Below, in pieces: positions 1 to 11,903 of a stretch of DNA of 64,000 nt; positions within the stretch are counted from its first letter, which is position 1, and every line of letters starts with the position of its first letter. This stretch comes from Balanoglossus misakiensis (Eukaryota > Animalia > Hemichordata), in assembly GCA_040954595.2 (NCBI GenBank), contig CM082578.2, forward strand, positions 3,454,831 through 3,518,830, read 5' to 3'. The notes beneath the pieces were generated by a model. That model was not told the DNA's origin, did no database searches, and worked only from the letters and a program-made list of their open reading frames with translations. Made by a program: the position numbers and the translations under genes.

Positions 1-466
1 CAGCTGACTGAAAGAAGTTGCTTGTCATATATTGTACAGACAATTTATGGTCAGTCTGTTTATCTGTCTGTCTGTCCCACAGCTGACTGAAAGAAGTTGC
101 TTGTCATATATTGTACAGACAATTTCTGGTCAGTCTGTCTATCTGTCTGTCTGTCCCACAGCTTACTGAATGAAGTTGCTTGTCATATAATTATGTGTTT
201 GTATGTACAGACAATTTATGGTCAGTCTGTCTGTCTCTCCCACAGCTTACTGAAAGAAGTTGCTTGTCATATATTGTACAGACAATTTATGGTCAGTCTG
301 TCTATCTGTCTGTCTGTCCCACAGCTGACTGAAAGAAGTTGCTTGTCATATATTGTACAGACAATTTCTGGTCAGTCTGTCTATCTGTCTGTCTGTCCCA
401 CAGCTTACTGAAAGAAGTTGCTTGTCATATAATTATGTGTTTGTATGTACAGACAATTTATGGTCA

Positions 467-497
<31 letters not shown>

Positions 498-885
498 CCA
501 CAGCTGACTGAAAGAAGTTGCTTGTCATATATTGTACAGACAATTTCTGGTCAGTCTGTCTATCTGTCTGTCTGTCCCACAGGCTCAGCTGACTGAATGA
601 AGTTCCTTGTCATATAATTATGTGTTTGTATGTACAGACAATTTATGGTCAGTCAGTCTGTCTGTCTGTCTGTCCCACAGCTGACTGAAAGAAGTTGCTT
701 GTCATATATGTGTTTGTACAGACAATTTATGGTAAGTCTGTCTGTCTGTCTGTCTGTCTGTCCCACAGCTTACTGAAAGAAGTTGCTTGTCATATATGTG
801 TTTGTACAGACAATTTATGGTCAGTCTGTCTATCTGTCTGTCTATCTGTCCCACAGCTTACTGAAAGAAGTTGCTTGTCATATGT
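1..885. repeat. Minisatellite (~80-100 bp unit containing a (TCTG)n tract), in the intron before the first visible VPS26C exon
   Basis: Unit CAGCT(G/T)ACTGAAAGAAGTTGCTTGTCATAT...TACAGACAATTT(A/C)TGGTCAGTCTG(TCTG)nTCCCA repeated about 10 times; runs off the window start. Confidence 0.95.
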
Positions 886-1148
886 GTTTGTCATGGTCAA
901 AAACTAATTTTCCTAGCATCACTTCTTGTAAGACTGCCATGACACATGACAGTCTATTGGGCATGTTCCTTGTTAATTTGTTTTTATGGTTGGGTCATAT
1001 CTGCTTGCCACTGTCACATGTGATTTTTACTCTGGTGAATACATATTTCCGTGTAATCCTCAATTGGGACCATGGTGTCCATGACGCTATGTTCTTGTTA
1101 TACCTATTTGGTTTGACAGTATGTCACAACTTCTTGATATTTTGACAG

Positions 1149-1292
1149 GAACTCGTACAAGGAGTACTGCTGATTCACAGTAAAAATGATTTTACGCATC
1201 AAGGGATAACACTTACTATGGAAGGCAGTGTCAATCTTCAACTTAGTGCTAAAAGTGTTGGATTGTTTGAAGCATTCTACAATTCCATAAAG
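1149..1292 (+). CDS. VPS26C: VPS26C/DSCR3 (Retriever subunit), first coding exon visible in window
   Basis: ag|ELVQGVLLIHSKNDFTHQGITLTMEGSVNLQLSAKSVGLFEAFYNSIK|gtgag; matches DSCR3 LTMEGTVNLQLSAKSVGVFEAFYNSVK; N-terminal ~19 aa are outside the window. Confidence 0.95.
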
Positions 1293-3007
1293 GTGAGATT
1301 GTCATGTAATATTGTCAAGTACATAAACATTATAATATACCTCATGCTAATACTGTGTCATGATTTACCAGAATCATGTGCTACGGCCTCGAGAAATAGC
1401 ATATGATTCTGGTAACTCACAGCCCCTCGGGGGTAATAAACGGCTGCTATGGCCCCCATGGCCTAGCAATAGGTGTTCAATATACATAGTTGTAGCAATT
1501 TGTCTGTCATCAGATCAGTGTGGCCTCTAAGCCCATATGACGCCACTGACTCAACAAACTCACTGATGACTCAGGAAAATTATCCACAATACAACAAAAG
1601 GTATACGGCCGACACAGAGAAATTTGTAGAAATCCTCAAATTGACTTGAAGCTTATAAAAATTATGTTCGTTAGAGGGCACACTGTATACTTGAGTAATT
1701 GTGTTGAAGCATCTACTGCCAGGCTTGTCAATAGATAATATGGCTGTTTGTATTTGCACTATGCTGAATCATAAAGGGCTTTCTCACGTGAAATGATTAG
1801 GGCGCCCTTTTCGGGATTATAAAAGTTGGCAAACATTTCTTATCAGCGACTCAAATAGTTTTGCATTCACATGTGTATAAAAGGGACGGGATCACCGCAC
1901 TCAATGCGTCCACAGCAGAGTGGCTAAAGGTCACAATGGCGGATTCAGTGATGTGTTTACTGTATATGTAGCTCTGGACTTATACCCAAACAGCGTATAC
2001 CGTAATCTATCCTTTCCTTCGGGTTTGACCAGGAAAAAATAATTATTCTTTACAAAAAGATGAAACAATGGGGGTAAAAATGAGTCAAAGTGCCAGAAGG
2101 ACCCCCTCGGACATTTATGCAAATTAGGTTCAAATAGGCTTCATGGTGCGATTGAAAATCAAGGACACATTTCGCCACTTGTCCCATTTGTTGTTCCACA
2201 TCAAATAAATGGAAGATCCGAGAAAATCCACACTTTTCCAGTTTTTGTACAGTCATCCTATAAGTATAAGCGCTTCTACGGTACCGCCTGTGAGTCTTAC
2301 AGCTTTGAAACCAGTGCGTAATATACTAGTAGCATGACTCCATGCTAGTAGTAAAAGCATACCGGGATGTGGGAACGCTTTGAGTTGGTCCCTTGGGACA
2401 AAGACGTTTTTAATTTATTCACGCACAGGGATGTATTTTTAGCCAGACAATGGCAAGACCTAGTTGCCTAGCAATTATCACCATGAACTTTGCTACAAGT
2501 TTCACTACCACTTCCACTGGGCGTCTCAATTTTTTCAGCAGAGCCCCAGCTGCAGTAAGTTCCGACTACCTCAAGGCTTTGCCTGTAGGTTTTGGGGCTC
2601 CTCATTTTACTGATGACCATCAGCAACAAGGCAAATTGACCGTTGACTAAGCAAGGTGCTAAACATCGCTCTTTTCAGAGGGGTAATTTTACATGCAAGC
2701 TCATTAGAAACTGCCACTTGTATCCCCTCAAACCGCGTCGGCAGAGTGCGTTTAGATCGGCGTTTAGTGCGGTGTTTCTGTTCACACGTGATTTGAATCG
2801 CTGTTTAGTGCGGCGCCCCGACCCAGGTCCCACCCCTCAACACCGTCACAAAAAAAGAGCGGCGCAGGGCCGCTCTCACCTTTTCACACGTGGCACTTAC
2901 AAATTAACGCCGCCCTAGCACCGCCGCTGGGGCGGCGTTGACGGCACGTGAGAAAGGGGTAATAGACCCTATTCAGGATCTGATCAAACATAAGAAAATG
3001 TAAATGT

Positions 3008-3316
3008 TACCCCGTTCACACTGGGTAGAACTAGAGAGGTGTCAGAGACACTATTTGCCTTTTGTAAACACAGCGGATTAATCCTTTCAGTTGCCTTGTG
3101 CATGTGTTCACACACACAATGTGTGAAGCATAGACCCTGATGTCGGCCCCATAGACATTTCTTGCAGAGAAGTGTTTATCCTTTACACCAGCTCAGGTCT
3201 TGACGGCAAAGAGATCTCAAATCTGAAATGTTCCAGGGCCATTTAAACCGTTAACACATAATAATTTTCACCTGAGACGTATCAGAAACGTCCTAATGGT
3301 CCCTGTGTAAACGCCA
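3008..3316. mobile_element. Degenerate non-autonomous DNA element (Harbinger-like ends), related copy at ~52095-52395
   Basis: Imperfect TIR GTTCACACTGGG...CCCTGTGTAAAC; shared interior AGAGACACT(A/G)TTTGCCT...GTAAACACAG...ATTAATCCTTT at both loci. Confidence 0.55.
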
Positions 3317-3383
3317 TTGGTTTCTACTGCTTGTGATTTCCATCAGCTCACAGACTATAGCCTGTGTATTTATTCGTATACAG

Positions 3384-3533
3384 CCAATCCAAGTATTGCA
3401 TTATTCAGTCGAAGTCTCCAAACCAGGCAGACTACCCGCTGGCAGGACAGAAATGCCATTTGAATTACCATTGAAACCCAAAGGCAATAAGATCCTGTAT
3501 GAAACCTATCATGGTGTCTTCGTGAATATTCAG
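3384..3533 (+). CDS. VPS26C: VPS26C coding exon
   Basis: cag|PIQVLHYSVEVSKPGRLPAGRTEMPFELPLKPKGNKILYETYHGVFVNIQ|gtaag, phase 0-0. Confidence 0.95.
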
Positions 3534-4401
3534 GTAAGTCTGATATACAGTGAAACCTGTCATTATGGACACCTAGCAACAACAGACATCTTTGCATTGT
3601 GGACAGAATGTAACGTCCAGAATTGTTGTTACTCAAGAGGCAATAGGAAAACAAATGGTCAGTTTAGCAATTCAGACAGCGGACACTGATAAGGGTCCAG
3701 AAGTGTTACTTTGTATTCAATTCCACTTGTCAATTACAGATGCACGCTTCTAAGTTTTCTGACTATTGAAGACAAGCGACAAACATTGACAAGGGACATA
3801 TGTTTACTTTCTGGTGTGGCCATTACTAGGCAGTTTACACATTCCTGACTTTCCAATCACAGTCACTTGAAAAATGTGTGTTGGTTGCACGGCGATGGCA
3901 CCTATGACTCAGAAAAGGGAGAAGTCATGAAACAAAACTCACTGTCTACACATGTATTGCCATGTTCAGAAGATGTTTCACTCACACAAAGGCAAAATTT
4001 ATTCAATAAATCAGCATCAATACAATCCATTCTGTGTCAAAATTCATACCTGCTATCCTACTTGCCATTTTAACGATCCTCAGTGTGTTTTGGGGCGATA
4101 TCTCAGTGTTCTGCCCGGGAATTTCTAATAGAGTAGTGGCTAATTTGCATAAAAATGTAAACAACTGTTATGTTAATTAAGTTCTATTGTCTTGTCAAAA
4201 TTAAAGAGTAGCTATGCTTTAATTGCTCTGGGGAGGAACACTGTATCTGAGAGGGACTTCGCGTTCTACACACTCAATCTACTTTCAAACTACCTTCAGC
4301 TGTTTGCTGGAAAGTGCCTGGGCTGTGACTGGTTGACTACAAAATATCTACATTACTGATAAATGAATACACAAAGATTTTTTTCTGTGTTCTTTCAACA
4401 G

Positions 4402-4557
4402 TACACAGTCAAGGTTGAAATGAAGAGATCTGTGCTCAGTAAAGATTTGTCCAAATCCTGTGAATTCATTGTTGAATACAAACAACAAGCAGACAAGAGT
4501 GCAGTTAAATCTGTGCCTTTTACCGTAACACCCGATTCATTGCAGAATGTTAGAGAG
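4402..4557 (+). CDS. VPS26C: VPS26C coding exon
   Basis: cag|YTVKVEMKRSVLSKDLSKSCEFIVE...FTVTPDSLQNVRE|gtaag. Confidence 0.95.
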
Positions 4558-4742
4558 GTAAGATGGGTTGAAAATTTGACACATTCAAATAGTGGACTGT
4601 TTTGCTTCCTTTCATATTTCATACACACCTTATACATAGACTTTAGTTTTGTCCCTTCTTTTCACACAATTTGTTGTCTTTTCCCGATGTCCGACACAGA
4701 CTATGGTCGCCGCCATCTTGTCTGTAATGTTAGGACAGCACA

Positions 4743-5134
4743 TAGTCTAGTCCCCTGCCCCAATCCCACCGCTGGCTGCGCTACGCTAAAGGGAAAGGGG
4801 TCAGGTACGGCCCGATTTCATACCCAGAAACCTGGGAAGACCACGTGATCATAAACAAGATGGATGCCTCCAATGTCTGTACGCCAGTCAAGATTCATCC
4901 AGGCTGTTTATTTTGTTTCGTTTGTTGTGAAGTTGGAAATCGAATGATAAACATTAATGGAGGTGAAGGAGAGAACAGGAAATGAGTATCTTACAAAAAC
5001 ATATCAACTTTTTAACAATTTAATGTTCGTATGTATTGACCAATGAGAGCCATGTTTACAATAGGCCGTGCCTGACCCTTTCCCTATTTAGCGTAGTGCA
5101 GCCAGCGGTTGGATTGGGGCAGGGAACCAGACTA
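4743..5134. mobile_element. Non-autonomous DNA transposon, TAG...CTA ends, 9-bp TSD (AcademH-like)
   Basis: ~70-bp TIRs; GACAGCACA duplicated at 4734-4742 and 5135-5143; uninterrupted host repeat in reverse at ~14640-14720; partial copy at ~60300-60432. Confidence 0.85.
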
Positions 5135-6521
5135 GACAGCACACTGCCTTATGGCATTAACTTTATACAATGTTTGTAATCAGAGTCTCTGGTTTGGCAC
5201 ATGTGCATAAGATGATCATCACCTTTAAGGATATACGCGCAGAATGTAAACTGGTAAACAGTGCGTGTGGGTATCTCTTTCCCATAGGATTACATTGATA
5301 ATTGGTAGAAAACATACTTCTACTTCCGGTATTGTCATTTTCACACATAGCTCAGTCAAGTAAAAATAAATTCAAATAAAATTGTGTGGTTACTGCGCTC
5401 TATTTTGAGATAAATTTTGTGAAATATTTTGCCCATAGACAGACCATTGGTGAAAAATATACTCTGAGTCAGCAATTTTCTTCTCTTAATCGACTAAATT
5501 CACGGCTCTGTATTTCAAAAACAAGCACGGTGACCCCTATATTTTATTACGGATTTTCATTACACATACAAAGGAGAATCCAAAAATTCACAATTAAAAC
5601 ATATGACAATACTTTCAATTTTGATGAATGTACATCCTTAATGGACAAAGTTGTAATCATCTATGGGAAGAACTCAATTTGTGTAAAAGCAGCCTCTTTA
5701 AAAATTAGCCTTAACCTTGAACTTCTGGAGAAACTCACATGTTCATTTAGAGACTCAAGAGAACTAGGCTTACCTAAAGTGACAGGGGCTGATTTAAATA
5801 TGTAAACACAAATATTCAATCATTCAAAAAATTGTCTACAGACTTACTCATCTTGCAAATTTTCAGGCCCTGCAGACACTGCACTGGATACAGCTCTGTT
5901 TACTACAGATTTCGATTGAGCGGCACAATACAGGGAAACTGGAGCGTCTTTCCCTGTCAATTGTAACATTAGAACATAACAATTGATTGTAAAACCACTA
6001 TAATAGTAATTAGACATGCAGCAATCTGTGTTTATGGAAGCAGATGGGGTAATTTATACATGCATGCGTTTTCTTATCTGTAAAAAGAAATGACACAAAT
6101 TAACTTCAAAGCATATAGTTACTAAAAGACATTTTCTTTTGTTTCTATTGAAAAAAAATCAGTAAAACAAGGACATGCTTAATTTAATTTTCAGACCAGT
6201 TTAATTATCAGTGGCAACGCAGTCAAATGTTTATATTCTAATGTTACAGTTGACAAAAAGTTCTAATTATCTCCCTGTATTGTGCCACTGTGTTTAAACA
6301 CTGTGTACAGTCAGAAATTCGAGTGTGGTATACACTCCTGGACCATCAGGCCAAATTCATGAAGTCATTCTTTATGATAGAAGCTATTTCACAAGTCCTG
6401 AAATCTGTTTGTTGTTTTCCAGCAGCATAAACCAGTGGTCTACAAAACTACTCACATGTTCCTATTCAATGTAAACATTGCACATGAAATGTAATACAAA
6501 CTTTATTTTTGTTTTCTACAG

Positions 6522-6699
6522 AGGAGTGGGTTGCCAAAATTTCTGGTGCGTGGCAAAATGGATTCTGTGAATTGCTGCATCAGTAAACCATTGACAGGAG
6601 AAATTATTGTGGAACATTGTGCAGCTCCAATCAAATCTATCGAATTACAGTTAGTTAGGGTTGAAACATGTGGATGTGCCGAGGGATACGCTAAGGATG
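6522..6699 (+). CDS. VPS26C: VPS26C coding exon
   Basis: cag|RSGLPKFLVRG...IELQLVRVETCGCAEGYAKD(A)|gtaag, ends in phase 1. Confidence 0.95.
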
Positions 6700-6797
6700 G
6701 TAAGTATAATCTCAATCTGGATTTCTTGTATAGTACATTATATCAAAATTATCTCATTGCACCTTGAAGTAAGACATAAAAGTCAGGGTATGGTTAA

Positions 6798-7136
6798 AGC
6801 TCCAATAGCTGCCAAATTTTGAAATGTTTTCATGATTTTACTTTCAAACCTTAAATTGGTCCATTTAAATGAACTTACTTCTAGGTATACACAGACATAT
6901 TATCAACTGCTGATTGTGGCTGTATATTTGAATATGAATGGGTTTAATTTCAAACTGGTGCTGAACCCGTTTATTCAACTGCCCATTGAAAGAGTAACCA
7001 ACTATGGTGGTATGTGCACATGGGTATTAAAAAACCCTCACAGTCAAAATAGTGTCATATGTCGACTAAAGATAAGGAGAAGATTGAAGTATTTTATTGC
7101 CTTCAAAACATCCTAAAAGTGGCAGCTATTGGGGCT
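6798..7136. mobile_element. TTAA-flanked MITE (Kolobok-like); relatives at ~21133-21470 and ~56347-56692
   Basis: TTAA|AGCTCCAATAGCTGCCA...TGGCAGCTATTGGGGCT|TTAA; shared interior TTAAATTGGTCC(A/G)T(T/C)TAAAT in all three. Confidence 0.8.
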
Positions 7137-7540
7137 TTAAAACAAGACAACAATCTTGTATCTCTGTATAAAATTATATAAAAATGAAGGTGTTTAACCC
7201 AACTATGCCCTTTAACAAACATAATATTTGAAAGCTTTGAGTCAATTTCAGGATTTCTAAAAAAAATCTCTGAGTCAGCCCTATACCTTTGCATGTAGCG
7301 TGGATAATTTTTTTGAGTCACCAGTGAGTTTGTTGAGTCAGTGGTGCGTCATATGGGTGTAGAGGGCGCACTGGGTGTAAGTACACACAATTCTAGTGAT
7401 AACAAGAAGCCTGCTGCAATGCCAACCTTAATTTTAAATTGTTTAGTTCTGTATTGCCTTTCACAAAGGTCAAAAGGTCAAAGAGGAGTCATTGCAATCA
7501 AGTAATCAGTGAATAAATCTCTGCAACTTCTGATACATCA

Positions 7541-9053
7541 CAGTCCAGTGGTTAGAGCATCCATGGACGTAAAAAGAGAAGGACTTAGGACTGTCGTTTG
7601 AGCTATTGTTCAGGTGATCGTTGCCGCCGCTCCGTTATCACCTAATAGTCCGTAATACTTTAATCGGATTACTTCCGTAATTTATTCAAGAGTGGGTTCG
7701 GGTAGTATATTTGGTACTGTTCGGGTGTTTCCGTCTGTTTATAAACATCAGGCTGCATGGAATGCGCATGTGCGTGACCTTTGACTTTGAACCATCGAGG
7801 AGATTTGGCCCGTATGCAACAAATCTACGCTGAAAAAAACATGAATTGCATCTTTGGCCAAGCTGGTAGCTCTTGTCATGTAGTCCACAAATTACAACAT
7901 ACATTTAAGGTTTTATGCCGATCGAACAGATATTGTAGGTACCGTTTGGTTTACCGGCAATTCCACTCGAAGTCGACGATTGTGGACGCGATCATTTAAC
8001 GTGTAATCCTATGGCGATAAAGTAACCGCACATCGCGAAAAATGGCAAAATCCGAACGTGGATAACGAAAATGGCCATGTGCTTCTGCCTATAAGACGCA
8101 CATTTTCTGAAAGTTTATTGCTTCGTCTCCACTTTACTGCAAAAATTAGACGTAGGACCCTTGTACTTTTAACGTGAGAGTGATTTTAAAATGTCTTGTT
8201 TTTGAAAATGCTTTGATGGTTTACGTGTAATCCTATGGCGATAGAGTAACCGCACTTCGCGAAAATTGGCAAAACCCGAACGTGGATAGCGAAAATGGCC
8301 ATGTGCTCCTGCATATAAGACGCACATTTTCTGAAAGTTTATTGCTTCGTCTCCACTTTACTGCAAAAATTAGACGTAGGACCCTTGAACTTTTAAAGTG
8401 AGAGTGATTTTAAAATGTCTTGTTTCTTTAGCATGCTTATAAAGATCGGTTCGCCATTTGGCCAAATATGCGTCGATTTTTTCTGTTTTCACTTCTTTAT
8501 TTCCGTTACATCGAGACAAAAAAATGGTGATAATTTTACAGTAATTTACCACTTCTGTGTGACTTAAACAGCAAGTTTTCGTGAGTACTGCTGAGAGCAC
8601 CCGAGGGGGTGTGTCACTGTGTACGTTGACTTCGGCAACGGTCACCAGACGTCAAAGAACAGCGTAGACAAAGCGAACACAATAGGTGTGAATGGGCTTA
8701 AGCGGCAGTCCTAAGTCCTTCTCTTTTTACGTCCATGGAGCATCAGACTCGATGATTGAAGGTCATGGGTCCGACCCCTGGATTAGTTGTGGTGTTGTGT
8801 TCTTTTGGCAAGGCACTTTACTTCTCATTGCTTCTCCCCACCCAGGAGAAATTGGTATCTGGTAGGACAGAAATTGTAATGTGTGTATTTAGCTCTGCTG
8901 CACTTATGCCTGCACATGTGAGCTGTTGTTTGCTCCCCAGGGAGTTGAATGGAATATTTAGGTCCAATGACCAGGTGAAAAACTGTAAAGCACATTTTAG
9001 ATACCGGTATATTTAGTATGTCATGCGCTATATAAGAAATCAATATTTTTATT
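7541..9053 (+). mobile_element. tRNA-derived SINE split by the 7561-8738 element
   Basis: Rejoined head TCCAGTGGTTAGAGCAT|CAGACTC...GGTCCGACCC (A/B-box-like), body GCAAGGCACTTTACTTCTC...CCCACCCAGGAG, tail GCGCTATATAAGA; second copy ~54500-54790. Confidence 0.75.
7561..8738. mobile_element. Non-autonomous DNA transposon with 5-bp TSD, inserted in a SINE head
   Basis: Perfect TIR CCATGGACGTAAAAAGAGAAGGACTTAGGACTG at both ends; AGCAT duplicated (7556-7560, 8739-8743); internal ~225-bp-period direct repeat (~7996-8203 vs ~8220-8425). Confidence 0.9.
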
Positions 9054-9285
9054 ATCTGAATGAGAATGAGAAATAGGCCATGGAGAGGTTTTGTAGAGGT
9101 TTTAGTCAACCAGATGGATTCTTACTGACGGAAGCATGTTGATGTGAAGGCCTATTGTATTTGACAAATTTAACAATAGAGTTATCACACATCCATCATT
9201 CCGTTGTTATATGTTCGTTTATTTACAACGGCTAGATCGTGACAACAAGCATTTCATAAGTAAGATAAGATATACAGCTTGATAA

Positions 9286-9626
9286 AAAGGTCATTAGCTG
9301 TAATTTGTGGCTGTCATTTCTGTTCTTTTGTTCTTTGTACCAAATTTAATTTCTTGTTCTACTCCAAAGTCCAAGCAACATGCTGGTATACCCAGTCCTC
9401 AGCCTGTATGTGTTACAGCCATTATTATTGTTGACAAATGAATTCTAGCCTGGACTAGAATACAAATTTTGCACAATAACAATACCGACTATATACTTAT
9501 TGCTTGTGTTGATAAGCTGAATACTGGGCATTTCATTGTGTTTCAGGGATTTGAACAAGAAACTGCAGTAGATATACAAAACAAAAATACTGAAAACATA
9601 GCGAAAAAGTTACAGCTAATGGAGCT
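9286..9626. mobile_element. TTAA-type MITE; internally deleted relative at ~23053-23191
   Basis: CATTAGCTGTAA...TTACAGCTAATGGAGCT|TTAA; right end matches 23053 onward in reverse. Confidence 0.6.
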
Positions 9627-9744
9627 TTAAACATTTAACTGAGAAACCCATCGCTCAAGGAGCACCGGGACAAGACAGGATTTGGAATTTAAACTATTAC
9701 TGTAGATATTCATTTTTGCGATGTGATTTATTTTTGTTTGACAG

Positions 9745-9870
9745 CCACTGAAATTCAAAACATACAGATTGCTGATGGTGATGTGTGTAGAGGGATGACC
9801 ATTCCAATATTTATGATTTTTCCAAGGCTTTTCACTTGCCCAACATTAGCTACCAGTAATTTCAAAGTTG
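9745..9870 (+). CDS. VPS26C: VPS26C coding exon
   Basis: cag|(A)TEIQNIQIADGDVCRGMTIPIFMIFPRLFTCPTLATSNFKV(E)|gtaag; absent from the ORF track. Confidence 0.95.
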
Positions 9871-10429
9871 GTAAGTAGTCATAATATTATATCACTACAT
9901 ATAGTTGATGGGAGTCAGTATGATACACCACTGAGGCAGTAAAATATTCATAAAATGTTTTCAAAAACAATCCAGTGGGGTTGGTGTGAAGTCAAACTTG
10001 ATTATAGCGTCCAGTCAAGGGAATTTCTGAAACTATTCTTTATAGACAGGTGGCGTGTATGAACAGGTCAATCAATGCGAATTAAATTTGCACAGAGGCT
10101 GTAATAAAGTGGTCACTGTAGAAGGGTAGCTTTCTATTAAATAGAGGTGGCCACTTCTAAAGCTTTGAATGTGCCACTGTTGTAGAATGGACTTTCTTTT
10201 GATGCTTGCTGTCTTGGTTGGTCTTGTGAGTCTTTTAAACCTCGTCTTAAAACCCATTTTGGGGGGAATATTATAGTACACGTCTGTGATTTTTTATCTG
10301 GTCTTTGTTTTTTCATTGTAGTGTCAAGAGCACTGAGACGTAGTGTGGCGCGTTTTTAAGAAATAAAAATTATTAGGGTATTTTGACTTTATTCACTGAC
10401 TGAATGTGTGTTTTTTTTTTACTTTGCAG

Positions 10430-10512
10430 AATTTGAAGTAAATGTTGTCATAGTTCTTCAAGATGATCATCTCATCACAGAAAACTTTCCCATAAAGTTG
10501 TTTCGATTCTAA
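10430..10512 (+). CDS. VPS26C: VPS26C last coding exon
   Basis: cag|(E)FEVNVVIVLQDDHLITENFPIKLFRF*; matches the DSCR3 C-terminus. Confidence 0.95.
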
Positions 10513-10681
10513 ACTCTCCTGTCAGCTGAATTCATCCACAGTGGGACAAATGGTTACACAAATACTGTTAGAGCTCAATCCATCACCTGACATTGCCTGT
10601 GAAGTCAATTGAATTTGGACTGATATGTCAATAACATTTGAAATTAGTTTGGTTGTTTTTATTTCAATACAGCAACACTTA

Positions 10682-10886
10682 CTGTAAAACACTTTATTTT
10701 TGCAAGTTAAATTTTTGCGATGTCGAGAGAGGCCACTGTTTCGCGAGTATTAATTTTCACGTTCTCTTATTTCATTCACTGCATCGTTATCTTTTTTAAA
10801 AAATTACATGACTTTTTATTTTCATGCTATTTTGGCTCTTGCGTATTTGGCAAAAAATTATTGCTCGCGAAAAAAGTGTTTTACAG
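10682..10886. mobile_element. TA-flanked Tc1/mariner-type MITE just 3-prime of the VPS26C stop
   Basis: TA|CTGTAAAACACTTT...AAAGTGTTTTACAG|TA. Confidence 0.8.
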
Positions 10887-11307
10887 TATTTTCTCCAAAA
10901 CTTGACAATTAGCCCATTGCTACTAGGTATACGGTACCTGCTTCAGTCAAGTCCTTTAAAATACGTATGGCACTGTATGTACTGTGACCTAGTTGGATAT
11001 CTTTTTGTTTATTCGCCATGTGTGTATTTTGAACGGGTTGATTTATCTGTATCCAACGATTGCGACCATCTTGGCCTGATAAAATTATCAGCAGAGGCCG
11101 ACTGAGTGTGGACTCGGCTGTCCAAATATTTGACATTTACACAGGTTCAATTTCTCCATGGGCAAGGTATGCCTAGTACTCTAAGAGCGTGTGAAAATGA
11201 TAGTATTTGCTACTGACCTGACTGGGCACTGTGAGGGTTAATCCTTTGTTGTCACCGCAGAAGAAGTCGTTTGAATGATGTCATGGGGGGGGGGGGGCAA
11301 TAAAACG

Positions 11308-11903
11308 TTTTTTAGGTCCCATTGGTTTATACCATGGGACCTTATGGGATCGGTTGCGTCTGTATATATGGATGGATGGATAGATGGATGTATGTATGTA
11401 TGTCCATCCACATCAAAAACTTGAAAACCGCTGCACGTATAACCTCGATATTTGGTGTGCAGATGCAGGCTGGGCTGTAGATGGGAGTTTGTTCAAAGGA
11501 AGTTGTCATTGCCAAACATATGCAAATTAGCTGGAAAAATGTGAATTTGGTCAAAACTCAGTAACTCAAGAACTACTGGTCAGATTGCTTTGCAAAGTGG
11601 TGTGTATTTACTTTATTGAGTTGTTTTAATTAGGCAGGAAGTTCCTGGTGTGATTGATTTGCACAGCAAATTCCTTGAATGATTACATAACTGGCTGAGT
11701 TTTAAAGAGACCAGCTGTTCTATTTAGTGTATGTACAGTACATATGCCATTGGCAGCTTATGGGTCAGTCAGTGTTTGCCCATTGATCTCTCTATGTGTG
11801 TGTGTGTGTGTCTGTCTGTCTGTATATGGCCATGTACTCCGGTGTAGACTTTTTCTTGTGTAATCCCTCAATGGGACCGCCGTGTCCTTGACGCGATTTT
11901 CTT
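11308..11903 (+). mobile_element. Helentron-associated (HINE/DINE-1/pearl-like) non-autonomous element
   Basis: T-run, inverted pair GGTCCCAT...ATGGGACC, microsatellite (GGAT/GTAT)n, 3-prime subterminal ATGGGACC followed by short stem-loop and T-run. Confidence 0.6.

Noticed and set aside
1-907. CRISPR-like regular repeats and several ORFs
   Set aside because: Inter-repeat sequence is itself repeated (no unique spacers), no cas genes, intronic eukaryotic context; ORFs are translations of the minisatellite
1775-2960. Harbinger-like element bounded by CTTTCTCACGTG inverted repeats
   Set aside because: Match is only ~12 bp with mismatched outer bases and no clear TSD; not enough to call
7541-8790. 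Split tRNA gene
   Set aside because: Only A/B-box-like remnants followed by a SINE body that recurs at ~54500; no convincing cloverleaf
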